IMG/VR virus record: IMGVR_UViG_3300021295_000040
Location: 1 to 36,237 of that record
Direction: 5' to 3' (one strand)
Length of the DNA stretch: 36,237 nucleotides
Origin: a virus
Made by a program: the position numbers and the translations under genes. This document shows, piece by piece, positions 19,315 through 27,380 of this stretch (positions are counted from its first letter, which is position 1; every line of letters starts with the position of its first letter). The notes beneath the pieces are model-generated. The model was not told where the DNA came from and searched no databases. It saw only the letters and a program-made list of their open reading frames with translations.

Positions 19315-20415
19315 TCAAAATTCTATCCAAGGTAAACCTTTAGCAATTACTTTTTCTTTTAGTTTGTTTAAATCGACTGAAGTTAAATGCTTTATTTTAT
19401 TATTTTCATCTTGGTAACGATATTCATAGCTAAATCCCTGTTTACAAGTTTTACAATTCTTTTTTGTAACTCTATAAATTCCCAAACTCCCTATAGCTTT
19501 ACTAATTCTCAGTTTACTTTCTCGAGTATGATGGATGAATCTTTTTTCCACTTTCTCATTACTTTCTTTTAAAGTAAATTCTGCTTTATCCTCATCAACT
19601 ATGGTCCATTTCAAACCTTTGTCAATTACTTTTTCTTTTAATCTGAGAATATCAACGCTTGAAAGTTCTTTTCTTTTATCGCCTTCATAATACCTATAAA
19701 CATATCTAAATCCTTTTAAACATGTTTCATCTTTAGATTTATTAACACGAAAAAACCCAGTAGGGTTGTTGTTACTACTTATCTTTATTTTATGTTCTTC
19801 TGAGAGTTTTCTTTCATATTTTGGTTTATTTTTATCAAGAAATAATGACCCTAAAGCGTTACGCCCATCATTAATTACCCAATCTAAACCTCTGCTAATA
19901 ACCTCTTTTTTTAATTCCAATAAATCTGTTCGTGATATTTCTACTCTTTTTCCATTTTCGTTATATCCATAAACCCATCTAAAACCATTCAGACAAGTTT
20001 CATCTTTAGCAATAACAACCCGATAAAATCCTGTTGAAGTTTTAGTCTTCTTTCTTATTTCTCGTAAACTTTTGCTCAATTTTTTCTTACTTGATTGAGA
20101 TAGTTTTGGATATTGTCCTCCAGATTCTAAATTGTAACCTTTTTCATCATTATCAAAAGTGCCATATTTTTCAATATAATGTATCTCCAATTCATTCAAG
20201 TCTTCAGCTTCACACAATTCAAGAATTTCGAATTCAAAATTATCTTCACCATATTTGTTCCAGGAATTTTGCAGATAATCGTTTTTATGCATGTTAGAAT
20301 TTAATTCTCTTCTATGCATTCTCCATCTACTAGAAATATCTAAAGATCGTCCAATATACCGTTTACCATTGATTTTATTCCTTATACAATAAATTCCAAT
20401 TATTTTAGAAGTCAT
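19315..20415 (-). CDS. GIY-YIG homing-type endonuclease with three repeated C-terminal modules
   Basis: GIYCIRNKINGKRYIGRS, R..H, E, GYN catalytic motifs, then three NUMOD3-like helices each followed by a G(F/I)(Y/F)RV..C..GF...D...LK..V...GL.W domain. Confidence 0.88.
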   Translation of the reverse strand: MTSKIIGIYCIRNKINGKRYIGRSLDISSRWRMHRRELNSNMHKNDYLQNSWNKYGEDNFEFEILELCEAEDLNELEIHYIEKYGTFDNDEKGYNLESGGQYPKLSQSSKKKLSKSLREIRKKTKTSTGFYRVVIAKDETCLNGFRWVYGYNENGKRVEISRTDLLELKKEVISRGLDWVINDGRNALGSLFLDKNKPKYERKLSEEHKIKISSNNNPTGFFRVNKSKDETCLKGFRYVYRYYEGDKRKELSSVDILRLKEKVIDKGLKWTIVDEDKAEFTLKESNEKVEKRFIHHTRESKLRISKAIGSLGIYRVTKKNCKTCKQGFSYEYRYQDENNKIKHLTSVDLNKLKEKVIAKGLPWIEF

Positions 20416-20437
20416 GAGTAGATTTAGGGACTTATTA

Positions 20438-20515
20438 TCATTTATGTTTGTTCATTTCAACGTTTAATTGCTTGAAATATACATCAGCCCATATTTCTTC
20501 AGCTAATGTTTTAAT
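20438..20515 (-). pseudogene. Decayed duplicate of the terS 3' end
   Basis: Translates IKTLAEEIWADVYFKQLNVEMNKHK* versus terS C-terminus VKTLAEEEIEADEYFKNLDKEMNK* (17 of 23 aligned residues identical); no start codon for this segment. Confidence 0.75.
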
Positions 20516-20573
20516 CTAAATTATTAAAAAGTAGTGAAGGTTTTTTATAGGTGAAAAATAGTGAATAAATAAT

Positions 20574-21152
20574 TTACTGTTTATATTCTTCGAGTTCTTT
20601 GAGCCTATCTTCTGCAATACGTGTTAAAATTTCCCCCCACAATGCATTTGCATATTGATTCTCTAGAATTTTTGCTGAGAAATATATTTTATTTATTTTT
20701 ATTGCTTGTTCAACTTCAGACTCCACTTTTATTAAAGAATCTGGACCCTCTGTCACTGAAAAATGAGTTATATCTGAAGGTAATTCATTAAAATCAAATA
20801 ATTCCTTATAATATCCACTTTCGATAAAATATTCATCATAATATTCTTTTATTGTTAAATCATTTTTAGTTGCGATTCTCATGAAAAAAGAATGACCGTT
20901 TCTTTTTGCGAAATCTATTATTTTCATTGCATCTTCAGTGTCTTTCTTAATTAATTTCTCTAAATTCTCTTTTGATGCTTTTAAAACTTCTTCTGAGGGA
21001 TTGATTATATTATTGGAATTAATATTTGGTATTTCACCAGTACGTATATATTCATATAAGAGTTCAGGGTTTCTTTTAACTTCATTTGGGAGTTCATCAT
21101 AAGGTTTACCAATTTTTTGAAAATTCCATTCATTATTAGTTTTTTCTTTCAT
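20574..21152 (-). CDS. Hypothetical protein (192 aa), cargo between terS and the terS remnant
   Basis: Long ORF in operon orientation; no recognisable motif. Confidence 0.7.
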   Translation of the reverse strand: MKEKTNNEWNFQKIGKPYDELPNEVKRNPELLYEYIRTGEIPNINSNNIINPSEEVLKASKENLEKLIKKDTEDAMKIIDFAKRNGHSFFMRIATKNDLTIKEYYDEYFIESGYYKELFDFNELPSDITHFSVTEGPDSLIKVESEVEQAIKINKIYFSAKILENQYANALWGEILTRIAEDRLKELEEYKQ

Positions 21153-21217
21153 AGATAATCACTTGCAGAGTTTGTTTTTAAAAGATTGAATTATTACTTA
21201 GGATTTTATCCATAATA

Positions 21218-21919
21218 TTATTTATTCATTTCTTTATCCAAATTCTTGAAATACTCATCAGCTTCGATTTCCTCTTCAGCAAGTGTTTTAACATCAAATT
21301 TATTATTAATATTCATCTCACCAGTATTGTCATTGTGATTGTGGTTTTCACGTTTTAGGACTCCTCCATACAATAGCTTATAAACACTGTCTAAGCTTTT
21401 ATCATATGCACGCTGGTTTTCAGCCTCAGAATCAACTTTTTTGTCAAGTGAAATTCCTTTTATAACACTTCCATCAGCCTGTTTTTGATCACGTTCTGGA
21501 GCTTCATGAAGTTTTTGTAAAGTGTCGTTGTGGTAGTTACATCTCTGCTTTGCAAATTTAAGCTGTTCTGATTCCCATTCCATAACCTCTTTTTCTTTTC
21601 TTTTAATATGCAATTCTTTAAAATGATTGTCATAAGCATCAAAGCGCATTTGGTATTTGTATTTGGAGGAGTTGGTTGTAACTGAACTGTATCTTTTTTT
21701 AATCCTTGTTTGGATTTGTTTTTCTGTTGGCTTTTTGTATTTTTTATTTTTCATCACTGCTTCTTTTTTCTCTTCTGAGATTTGCTCATAAACCAGCTCT
21801 TCTGCAAATTTTCTTAAATTCCTGTCATTTTTTATCAAAAGCCTGGAGAAGTGTCTAAATGATACTGGAGGTTCCAGGCCGTACTTTTCATCATAAAAAC
21901 GCTCTTCCCAGATTTCCAT
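21218..21919 (-). CDS. Putative terminase small subunit
   Basis: Upstream of terL; N-terminal WEER...EPPVSFRHF..L...RNL pattern, helical middle and KRENHNHNDNTGEMNINN-type tail. Confidence 0.6.
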   Translation of the reverse strand: MEIWEERFYDEKYGLEPPVSFRHFSRLLIKNDRNLRKFAEELVYEQISEEKKEAVMKNKKYKKPTEKQIQTRIKKRYSSVTTNSSKYKYQMRFDAYDNHFKELHIKRKEKEVMEWESEQLKFAKQRCNYHNDTLQKLHEAPERDQKQADGSVIKGISLDKKVDSEAENQRAYDKSLDSVYKLLYGGVLKRENHNHNDNTGEMNINNKFDVKTLAEEEIEADEYFKNLDKEMNK

Positions 21920-22091
21920 ACACTCACCTCATTATTTTTATCTCATAAATCAAAGCTATTGAAAAAATTATAATATTTGTTAAAATGAATATTTTTGTTA
22001 TATTTAAAATCATAATTTATCCCCAAATTCATCACAGAATAATTTCTGAATTTAATTTTAGTTTTTACTTGTAAATATTGCTTATTTTTAT

Positions 22092-22150
22092 GAACATATT
22101 TATATATGATGTTTAATAGATTATATATACAGAGAACGGTGATTATTATG
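22092..22150 (+). promoter_or_regulatory. Promoter/leader/RBS cassette, copy on plus strand
   Basis: GAACATATTTATATATGATGT...CAGAGAACGGTGATTATTATG; 51/59 identical to the minus-strand copy at 23553-23611; contains TTTATATA box and GGTGA RBS. Confidence 0.8.
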
Positions 22151-22327
22151 AAAAACGTTGATTCTAAAATTGTAAAAATAACTGGTGACGATAATAGTGG
22201 ATTTTTAATGTATGTTAACGGACACTTAATGTGGATTTGTGAAACCCGTCAGGACGTTTATGATCAAATTGAATTTTCAAAAGAAATGGAATATTTTGAT
22301 GAAAATACAGTGATTCCAGAATTTTAA
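22148..22327 (+). CDS. Hypothetical protein (start MKNVDS at 22148; track ORF begins 22106)
   Basis: ATG preceded by GGTGATT RBS within the promoter cassette. Confidence 0.7.
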   Translation: MKNVDSKIVKITGDDNSGFLMYVNGHLMWICETRQDVYDQIEFSKEMEYFDENTVIPEF

Positions 22328-22329
22328 GG

Positions 22330-22533
22330 GTGATTGTTATGAGCAGATTTGATTTTGTTAGCAAAAAATTTGATAATGAAAAAGATGTGAGAGCTCATAA
22401 AAACTTATTAGATGAACTTGATGAAAAACATGGATACATTTCTTTAAGTGAAGCTAAAGAAGTAATTGAAAGATTAATTGCTGGTGAAGACTTAGCAGAT
22501 ATTGAAGAAAGCATGTTTTTCAGGATTTTCTAA
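22330..22533 (+). CDS. Hypothetical acidic protein (start possibly 22339)
   Basis: Coupled to the preceding ORF; GGTGATT RBS before ATG 22339. Confidence 0.65.
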   Translation: MIVMSRFDFVSKKFDNEKDVRAHKNLLDELDEKHGYISLSEAKEVIERLIAGEDLADIEESMFFRIF

Positions 22534-22611
22534 TTTTTTTTAGTTTAAAACTATTTTTTCGCAAACGAAACTTTAAGACAAGGTGAAAAAAAATAACAAC
22601 ACTTTATTGAT

Positions 22612-22722
22612 TTAATCTATAGATTCTTTTTCCTGTAACTGATCCAACAATTCACCAAGAGGGATTTCTCGACCATAACCAAGTATTAAATCTTCAACAA
22701 TTTCTATTTCTGTTTCAAACAT
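22612..22722 (-). CDS. Small hypothetical protein (36 aa, MFETEIEIVEDLILGYGREIPLGELLDQLQEKESID)
   Basis: Manual translation; TAATG overlap with the upstream ORF. Confidence 0.45.
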   Translation of the reverse strand: MFETEIEIVEDLILGYGREIPLGELLDQLQEKESID

Positions 22723-22979
22723 TATACCACCACTTTGTAATCCCATCCGGTTTCAAGAAGGGTGTTTCTGCTTCTTTGAATTTCCTTATTTAATTCTATC
22801 ATTGCGCTGCTGTTCATGAGGTTGCTTGTGTCAATCACAATCTTTGCTCCAGCTTCTTTGAACTGGTAGGGAATATTTTTATATTCCAAGTATTGTAAGA
22901 GACTCATGTTGCGGTAGGGACAAGAATTCTTGTTTCTTGTCCAGGCAATGCAATTATCACAAACTGAATGATCAAACAT
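22722..22979 (-). CDS. Hypothetical protein with N-terminal Cys motif (start probably MFDHSVCDNC at 22979)
   Basis: CxxC...C cluster; start 1 nt after the upstream stop. Confidence 0.6.
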   Translation of the reverse strand: MFDHSVCDNCIAWTRNKNSCPYRNMSLLQYLEYKNIPYQFKEAGAKIVIDTSNLMNSSAMIELNKEIQRSRNTLLETGWDYKVVV

Positions 22980-22980
22980 T

Positions 22981-23286
22981 TTAGCACTTCCCGTTGATGT
23001 ATTTTTTACTGCTTGTAAGAGGAGAAGGACAAATTGTATTTTTAACATAACTTGCCATGTTATCCTTGATTATTTCACAAGCAATAACTACAAGTTTGAA
23101 ATGTTCACCACTTCCAGCTCCAGCAGCTTTTGCCAAATTGTAGTGTTTCATTAACTTTGTTTGTTCTTCAAATGTTAATGAATCACACATTTGTTTAACT
23201 TCATATTCTGGAGTTAAATCTCCTTTTTCATAATCATAAGCAATATTGTCTAAAAATCCGCAATCTGCAATCATAAATCTCACCAT
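22981..23286 (-). CDS. Hypothetical protein
   Basis: ORF track; operon orientation. Confidence 0.65.
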   Translation of the reverse strand: MVRFMIADCGFLDNIAYDYEKGDLTPEYEVKQMCDSLTFEEQTKLMKHYNLAKAAGAGSGEHFKLVVIACEIIKDNMASYVKNTICPSPLTSSKKYINGKC

Positions 23287-23294
23287 TTTTTAAA

Positions 23295-23555
23295 TTAATT
23301 GAAATAGATGTTTGATTCCCATCTTCTTGAGCGTAAATATTCCATACTTTCAACTTGAAGACTTTCCTTTTCATCTTCACTCATAACACAGGATTTTTTA
23401 GTGACTTCCTGATCGATATCTTCACAAATTTCCTCAGCACTTTTTTCACATTCACGGATGTAAATGGTCCAAGCTTCAAAAAGTTGTCCTTCTTCTAAAA
23501 AGCTATTACAAGTTTCGTTTTCTTCTGCAAATCTTTTAAGTTTACCGTAAGCCAT
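23295..23555 (-). CDS. Hypothetical protein (start MAYGK at 23555)
   Basis: ATG is the last codon of the promoter/RBS cassette. Confidence 0.7.
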   Translation of the reverse strand: MAYGKLKRFAEENETCNSFLEEGQLFEAWTIYIRECEKSAEEICEDIDQEVTKKSCVMSEDEKESLQVESMEYLRSRRWESNIYFN

Positions 23556-23611
23556 AATAATCACCTTTCTCTGTTTATATTATCTATTTCACATCACATA
23601 TAAAGGTGTTC
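23553..23611 (-). promoter_or_regulatory. Promoter/leader/RBS cassette, minus-strand copy
   Basis: GAACACCTTTATATGTGATGTGAAATAGATAATATAAACAGAGAAAGGTGATTATTATG. Confidence 0.8.
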
Positions 23612-23653
23612 ATGATTTATAGACGTTATTAGTCTTTAATTTAAAAATAGAGA

Positions 23654-23932
23654 TTATTGGTTTTTCCAATAATCCAAATCCTCTTTAATTATTGCTTTGC
23701 AGCCTTCAACAGAACCAATTCTCTCATCACACTCAGCACCTAAATACACACATACTGCCTCAAGGTTCTTGTGACTCTTCCAGGATAGTGATCTTTTTAA
23801 CAGTTTCACCATTGCTTTTTTATTTTCTTTTGGATATAGTGGTTCAGCTTCACCATATCTGTATCCAAATTCAGCCAAATGCAAATCATCAAAGAATTTT
23901 TCCATTGTTTTACTCATTGCCATTATAATCAC
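23654..23932 (-). CDS. Hypothetical protein (true start probably 23923 or 23917)
   Basis: AGGTGATT RBS precedes ATG GCA ATG AGT. Confidence 0.65.
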   Translation of the reverse strand: MIIMAMSKTMEKFFDDLHLAEFGYRYGEAEPLYPKENKKAMVKLLKRSLSWKSHKNLEAVCVYLGAECDERIGSVEGCKAIIKEDLDYWKNQ

Positions 23933-23947
23933 CTTAAAAAAAAATAT

Positions 23948-24184
23948 TTAGTAAATAAATCTTTTTTTACTTACTAAACAACCGTATCCGCAACCTCTTG
24001 AGTCGTTAATCCATCTGTCACAAGCATATTTGTTCCTGTAGCCAACATCCCAGTCACGGATTTTCTGTTTGTGTCTGCTTAAGATGTTGATGTTTTGCAT
24101 TCCTTCATGTTTGCTTGAGTTGCTCATGAATTTAATTTCATTTGCGAGTTTGTTACCTAAACCAGCTTGTTTTAATTTCTGCAT
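23948..24184 (-). CDS. Hypothetical basic protein
   Basis: AGGTGA RBS; operon orientation. Confidence 0.65.
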   Translation of the reverse strand: MQKLKQAGLGNKLANEIKFMSNSSKHEGMQNINILSRHKQKIRDWDVGYRNKYACDRWINDSRGCGYGCLVSKKRFIY

Positions 24185-24230
24185 AATAATTCACCTTCTT
24201 TTAAAATTTTAAGTTGTGGGATTAACCCAC

Positions 24231-24488
24231 TTAGAAATCTCCTCCAGTAGCTAAAATTACTTCAGCTGCAACATTACTGTCAAAATCAGATTCATAAATC
24301 GGGATCATTACAGTGTGGAAGTTTTCATAAATTAAATTTACATCAACATGAAACTCATCAGCGATTTTTTCAAATTTTTTAAAGAAGTCATTTTTTAAAG
24401 CTTCTTTATCATCAGCAGTTAAATCGCCACAAAGTTCTTCAACCATTTCAATTTGCTCATTTAAGAAATCAATAACCATTTTGTTCAT
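24231..24488 (-). CDS. Hypothetical acidic protein
   Basis: Directly downstream of the third promoter cassette and AGGTGATT RBS. Confidence 0.7.
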   Translation of the reverse strand: MNKMVIDFLNEQIEMVEELCGDLTADDKEALKNDFFKKFEKIADEFHVDVNLIYENFHTVMIPIYESDFDSNVAAEVILATGGDF

Positions 24489-24495
24489 TTTAAAT

Positions 24496-24544
24496 CACCT
24501 GTGTCTACTTATTATTCTCTTCCACATCATATATAAAGGTGTTC
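24496..24544 (-). promoter_or_regulatory. Promoter/leader/RBS cassette, third copy
   Basis: Core GAACACCTTTATATATGATGTG, 21/22 identical to 23590-23611, followed by AGGTGATT RBS. Confidence 0.8.
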
Positions 24545-24618
24545 CTAATTTAAAGACTTAAAAACTCTTTAAATAAAAAATTGAGAGTAAGTAATTTAAA
24601 AAAATAAAAAATAATCAC

Positions 24619-25308
24619 TTACAAATCTTCTTTTCTATAAATGATGCTGGATTCATCACTTCTGCACCAGGAAACAGCACGGTAAGTAACAGGTTGAAGT
24701 ACTGTTTCAATTAAAACTTTCATCACATATTGAGTTAAAATGAAACCTAAAAGCATTACTGGAGGCATGGTTCCAACAAAAGCAATTCCAATAAATAAAA
24801 TTGTATCCACCAATTCTCCACCAACAGTTGAGCCAATGGTACGTAAAAACAGATGCTCACCATTTGTGTAATTTCCAATTACGGTCATCAATCTTGCATT
24901 TACAAACTGACCTACAATGTAACCGCAAAGACTTGCAAAGGTGATTCTTGGAACAAAACCAAACACATAGGCCAAGTGTGGTTGAGCTGTAAAAGTGGTC
25001 GGATCAAATGGCATCATAATACATAAAAGTCCACAAATAACCATCATAACCTTCATACACATTCCTAACAGTGCTGTTTTAATCATGGTCTTTTCACCAA
25101 ACACTTCAGTAATTACATCAGCCACTAAATAACAAACAGGGAACAATATACAACCACATTCGATGGAGAAAAATCCCCAACTACAAACTTTAGTTGCAAG
25201 TAAGTCACTTAAAACTCCAGCAACAGCGAATATAGTAATCAACACAATTTTTTTCTGTGTAAAATTCAATTTCAAATCATTTCTAATATTATAATCATAT
25301 TTTACCAT
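24619..25308 (-). CDS. yhhQ: Queuosine-precursor (preQ0/preQ1) transporter, VUT/YhhQ family
   Basis: Multi-TM 229 aa with GCILFPVCYLVADVITEVFG, PRITFASL..Y.VGQF, RT.GST..GE..DT.LF..IAF.G family motifs. Confidence 0.88.
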   Translation of the reverse strand: MVKYDYNIRNDLKLNFTQKKIVLITIFAVAGVLSDLLATKVCSWGFFSIECGCILFPVCYLVADVITEVFGEKTMIKTALLGMCMKVMMVICGLLCIMMPFDPTTFTAQPHLAYVFGFVPRITFASLCGYIVGQFVNARLMTVIGNYTNGEHLFLRTIGSTVGGELVDTILFIGIAFVGTMPPVMLLGFILTQYVMKVLIETVLQPVTYRAVSWCRSDESSIIYRKEDL

Positions 25309-26050
25309 TTTTTAACCTCTTATTTTTCTCATTCCAATATTTTTCATAATATCTTTGCTTTTTTCTCCAATCAAGTAAACTCAAAACAAGCTTTTCACAA
25401 TAAGTCAAGCTATTTCTGTCAATGTGTTTGCTTTTGTATCTTCCATTAACAGCACTAAACAACCAACTGGCACTATCAACACTATCAAAGGGAACATTAT
25501 TCAAAATGAATTTCCTGGTACCTCCAAGACCATGAATTTTACAATCATAATCATGTGCAATATTTGCAAACTTAATCAAATCATGATCAGGTATACCCTC
25601 AATGGGAAGACAAGATATTGAAACATAATCATAATTGCTGCACATCCTTTTGAACTTTTTAAACCCACGATTCTTGTGCCAAACCGGAATAACTTTATCT
25701 GTTACCTCTTCAATGATTTTTCTCAACTTCAAAACATTCTTAAAACCAATACGGTTGTCAATATCCATTTCAAAATACCCAACAACATTTGAAGTGTCGG
25801 TTTGTTTTATAAAGTTTGAGTAGTTCACAGTAAACTCAGTAAAATCAATATCCTTAGCTGTATGAAATGTATGAGCTCCACTATCTATCAAAATTCTTTC
25901 AGATTTGGATTTGAAAAATAGATAATCCTCATACATCTTCTTTTGCTGAATATAAAAATAGCTGAAAAGATGGTTTATCGGCCTTATATTGGTCTCTTGA
26001 ACATAATTGTGCAAACACTGATGTTCTGAGGCTGCTAAAAAAATGTTCAT
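25295..26050 (-). CDS. dpdA: TGT-fold base-exchange enzyme, viral DpdA-like (start MNIFLA at 26050, ATGA overlap)
   Basis: TGT-like motifs LIDSGAHTF, FEMDID, IPVWH, KIHGLG, FDSVDSASW; adjacent to yhhQ. Confidence 0.75.
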   Translation of the reverse strand: MNIFLAASEHQCLHNYVQETNIRPINHLFSYFYIQQKKMYEDYLFFKSKSERILIDSGAHTFHTAKDIDFTEFTVNYSNFIKQTDTSNVVGYFEMDIDNRIGFKNVLKLRKIIEEVTDKVIPVWHKNRGFKKFKRMCSNYDYVSISCLPIEGIPDHDLIKFANIAHDYDCKIHGLGGTRKFILNNVPFDSVDSASWLFSAVNGRYKSKHIDRNSLTYCEKLVLSLLDWRKKQRYYEKYWNEKNKRLKNGKI

Positions 26051-26712
26051 GAATCTGACATCCTGCAAGTATAACCTTCTTCTACTAATTTATCAAATGC
26101 CTCAGTCATTTCATCTTCACTGTCAAATAATAATGTAATCTCATAAAAACCAATACTGGAATCATCATCGTCATCAAAATCATCATCAAAGGTTTCTCTA
26201 TCAGAAGATTCACTGCTAACGGCTTGTTTTTGAGGGTCTGTAAATTCCATCTTGTCAAGTAAACCTTTGATTTCAATTTCCTCATCAAAACCATCAAAAC
26301 CAGTTAATTCCAAATCAAAATTATTAACTTCCAATTCTTCCAAAACGGAGAATAATTTTTCAGTATCCCATTCACCGCCAATCTTGTTTAAAGTCAAGTT
26401 CAGCGCTTTTTCATGGTCATCAGACTCAACAGTTAATTCGGTATCGGTAAATACCCAACCAATATCACCAAGTCTGATTAAATTCAGCTCATCAAAGATT
26501 TTATTATCTTCAAGATGCTGATCTATTAAAACCTCAAACCTTTGGTGACCTCCAATGATATGGTTGTTTTTAAGGTTGATTACAATAGGGTCCACCAAAC
26601 CAAAAGTCTCTAAGCTATTTCTTAATTTGGTGGACTCGTTTTCAGGCATTATTCTTGGATTATAATCACTAGGGATTAAATCAGTTATTTTTATCTTTTC
26701 TACTTCTATCAT
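26047..26712 (-). CDS. ParB/Srx N-terminal domain protein with acidic linker
   Basis: IKITDLIPSDYNPRIM...LRNSLETFGLVDPIVIN...IIGGHQRFEVL, and LNLTLNKIGGEWD. Confidence 0.85.
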   Translation of the reverse strand: MIEVEKIKITDLIPSDYNPRIMPENESTKLRNSLETFGLVDPIVINLKNNHIIGGHQRFEVLIDQHLEDNKIFDELNLIRLGDIGWVFTDTELTVESDDHEKALNLTLNKIGGEWDTEKLFSVLEELEVNNFDLELTGFDGFDEEIEIKGLLDKMEFTDPQKQAVSSESSDRETFDDDFDDDDDSSIGFYEITLLFDSEDEMTEAFDKLVEEGYTCRMSDS

Positions 26713-26738
26713 TTTTGGCGACTCCGTTTAAATTTTTA

Positions 26739-26787
26739 TTATGTATTTAAATTGCAACAATCATTTGAATTGCAATTATTTTTTCTA
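26739..26787 (-). pseudogene. Decayed duplicate of the radical SAM gene 3' end
   Basis: 26746-26778 is 30/33 identical to 27388-27420; encodes KNNCNSNDCCNLNT* versus KNINYNPNDCCNLNN*. Confidence 0.75.
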
Positions 26788-26859
26788 TAAACCAGTTATA
26801 GTAAAATTAACGTCATTATAAAGTAAAAATTCTTTAAAATTTAATTATATGATTTTTTA

Positions 26860-27354
26860 TCAATTTACATATTTTTCAACAACACATATAGTATCGTGAT
26901 GGCTCCCACCATGACCTACAACAAGTATACATTCTTGCTTGAAACCTCTTTTTTTACCCATTACAATACTATGATAACCGTAAGTAATGATTCGTCCATT
27001 TTTATTCAAAATAAAAGATAATTCATTTTTTATTTTGTTAAATGTAGAACAAATTCTGCCATTATATTTTTCCATAGATTTTCTTAAGCTATAAGGCGGG
27101 TCAAGAATTATTGTGTCGAATTTTACACCTTTTTCTTTACAACACAAAACAAAATCAAATGCTTCCATACAATAATCCGGATTAAATTCATCAGATAAAT
27201 CAACACGAATTTCATTACAATTCAATCTTGTTTTTCCAGCAAATAAATTCAATACTTTGCCTTTACAATACTTTTCAGTCCATTTTTTTAATTTTGGCTG
27301 TTCAAAAGTATATTTTTTAGGCGGTTGCACCATATAATCCATTTTCAATTTCAA
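26860..27354 (-). CDS. Small SAM-dependent amino (N6-adenine-type) DNA methyltransferase
   Basis: Motif I VLNLFAGKT and catalytic motif IV IILDPPY; no obvious target-recognition domain. Confidence 0.8.
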   Translation of the reverse strand: MKLKMDYMVQPPKKYTFEQPKLKKWTEKYCKGKVLNLFAGKTRLNCNEIRVDLSDEFNPDYCMEAFDFVLCCKEKGVKFDTIILDPPYSLRKSMEKYNGRICSTFNKIKNELSFILNKNGRIITYGYHSIVMGKKRGFKQECILVVGHGGSHHDTICVVEKYVN

Positions 27355-27380
27355 ATCTTAACCTCCTTAAAAAATAAATA

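Noticed and set aside
19315-20573. Group I intron or split terL around the GIY-YIG gene
   Set aside because: terL has its Walker A about 50 residues after a plausible start, and the 158-nt upstream gap is largely explained by the terS remnant; no intron core seen.
22092-23611. Invertible segment bounded by the 59-bp inverted repeats
   Set aside because: No recombinase nearby, and both repeats are inward-facing promoter/RBS units, so inversion would change little; a shared promoter is the simpler reading.
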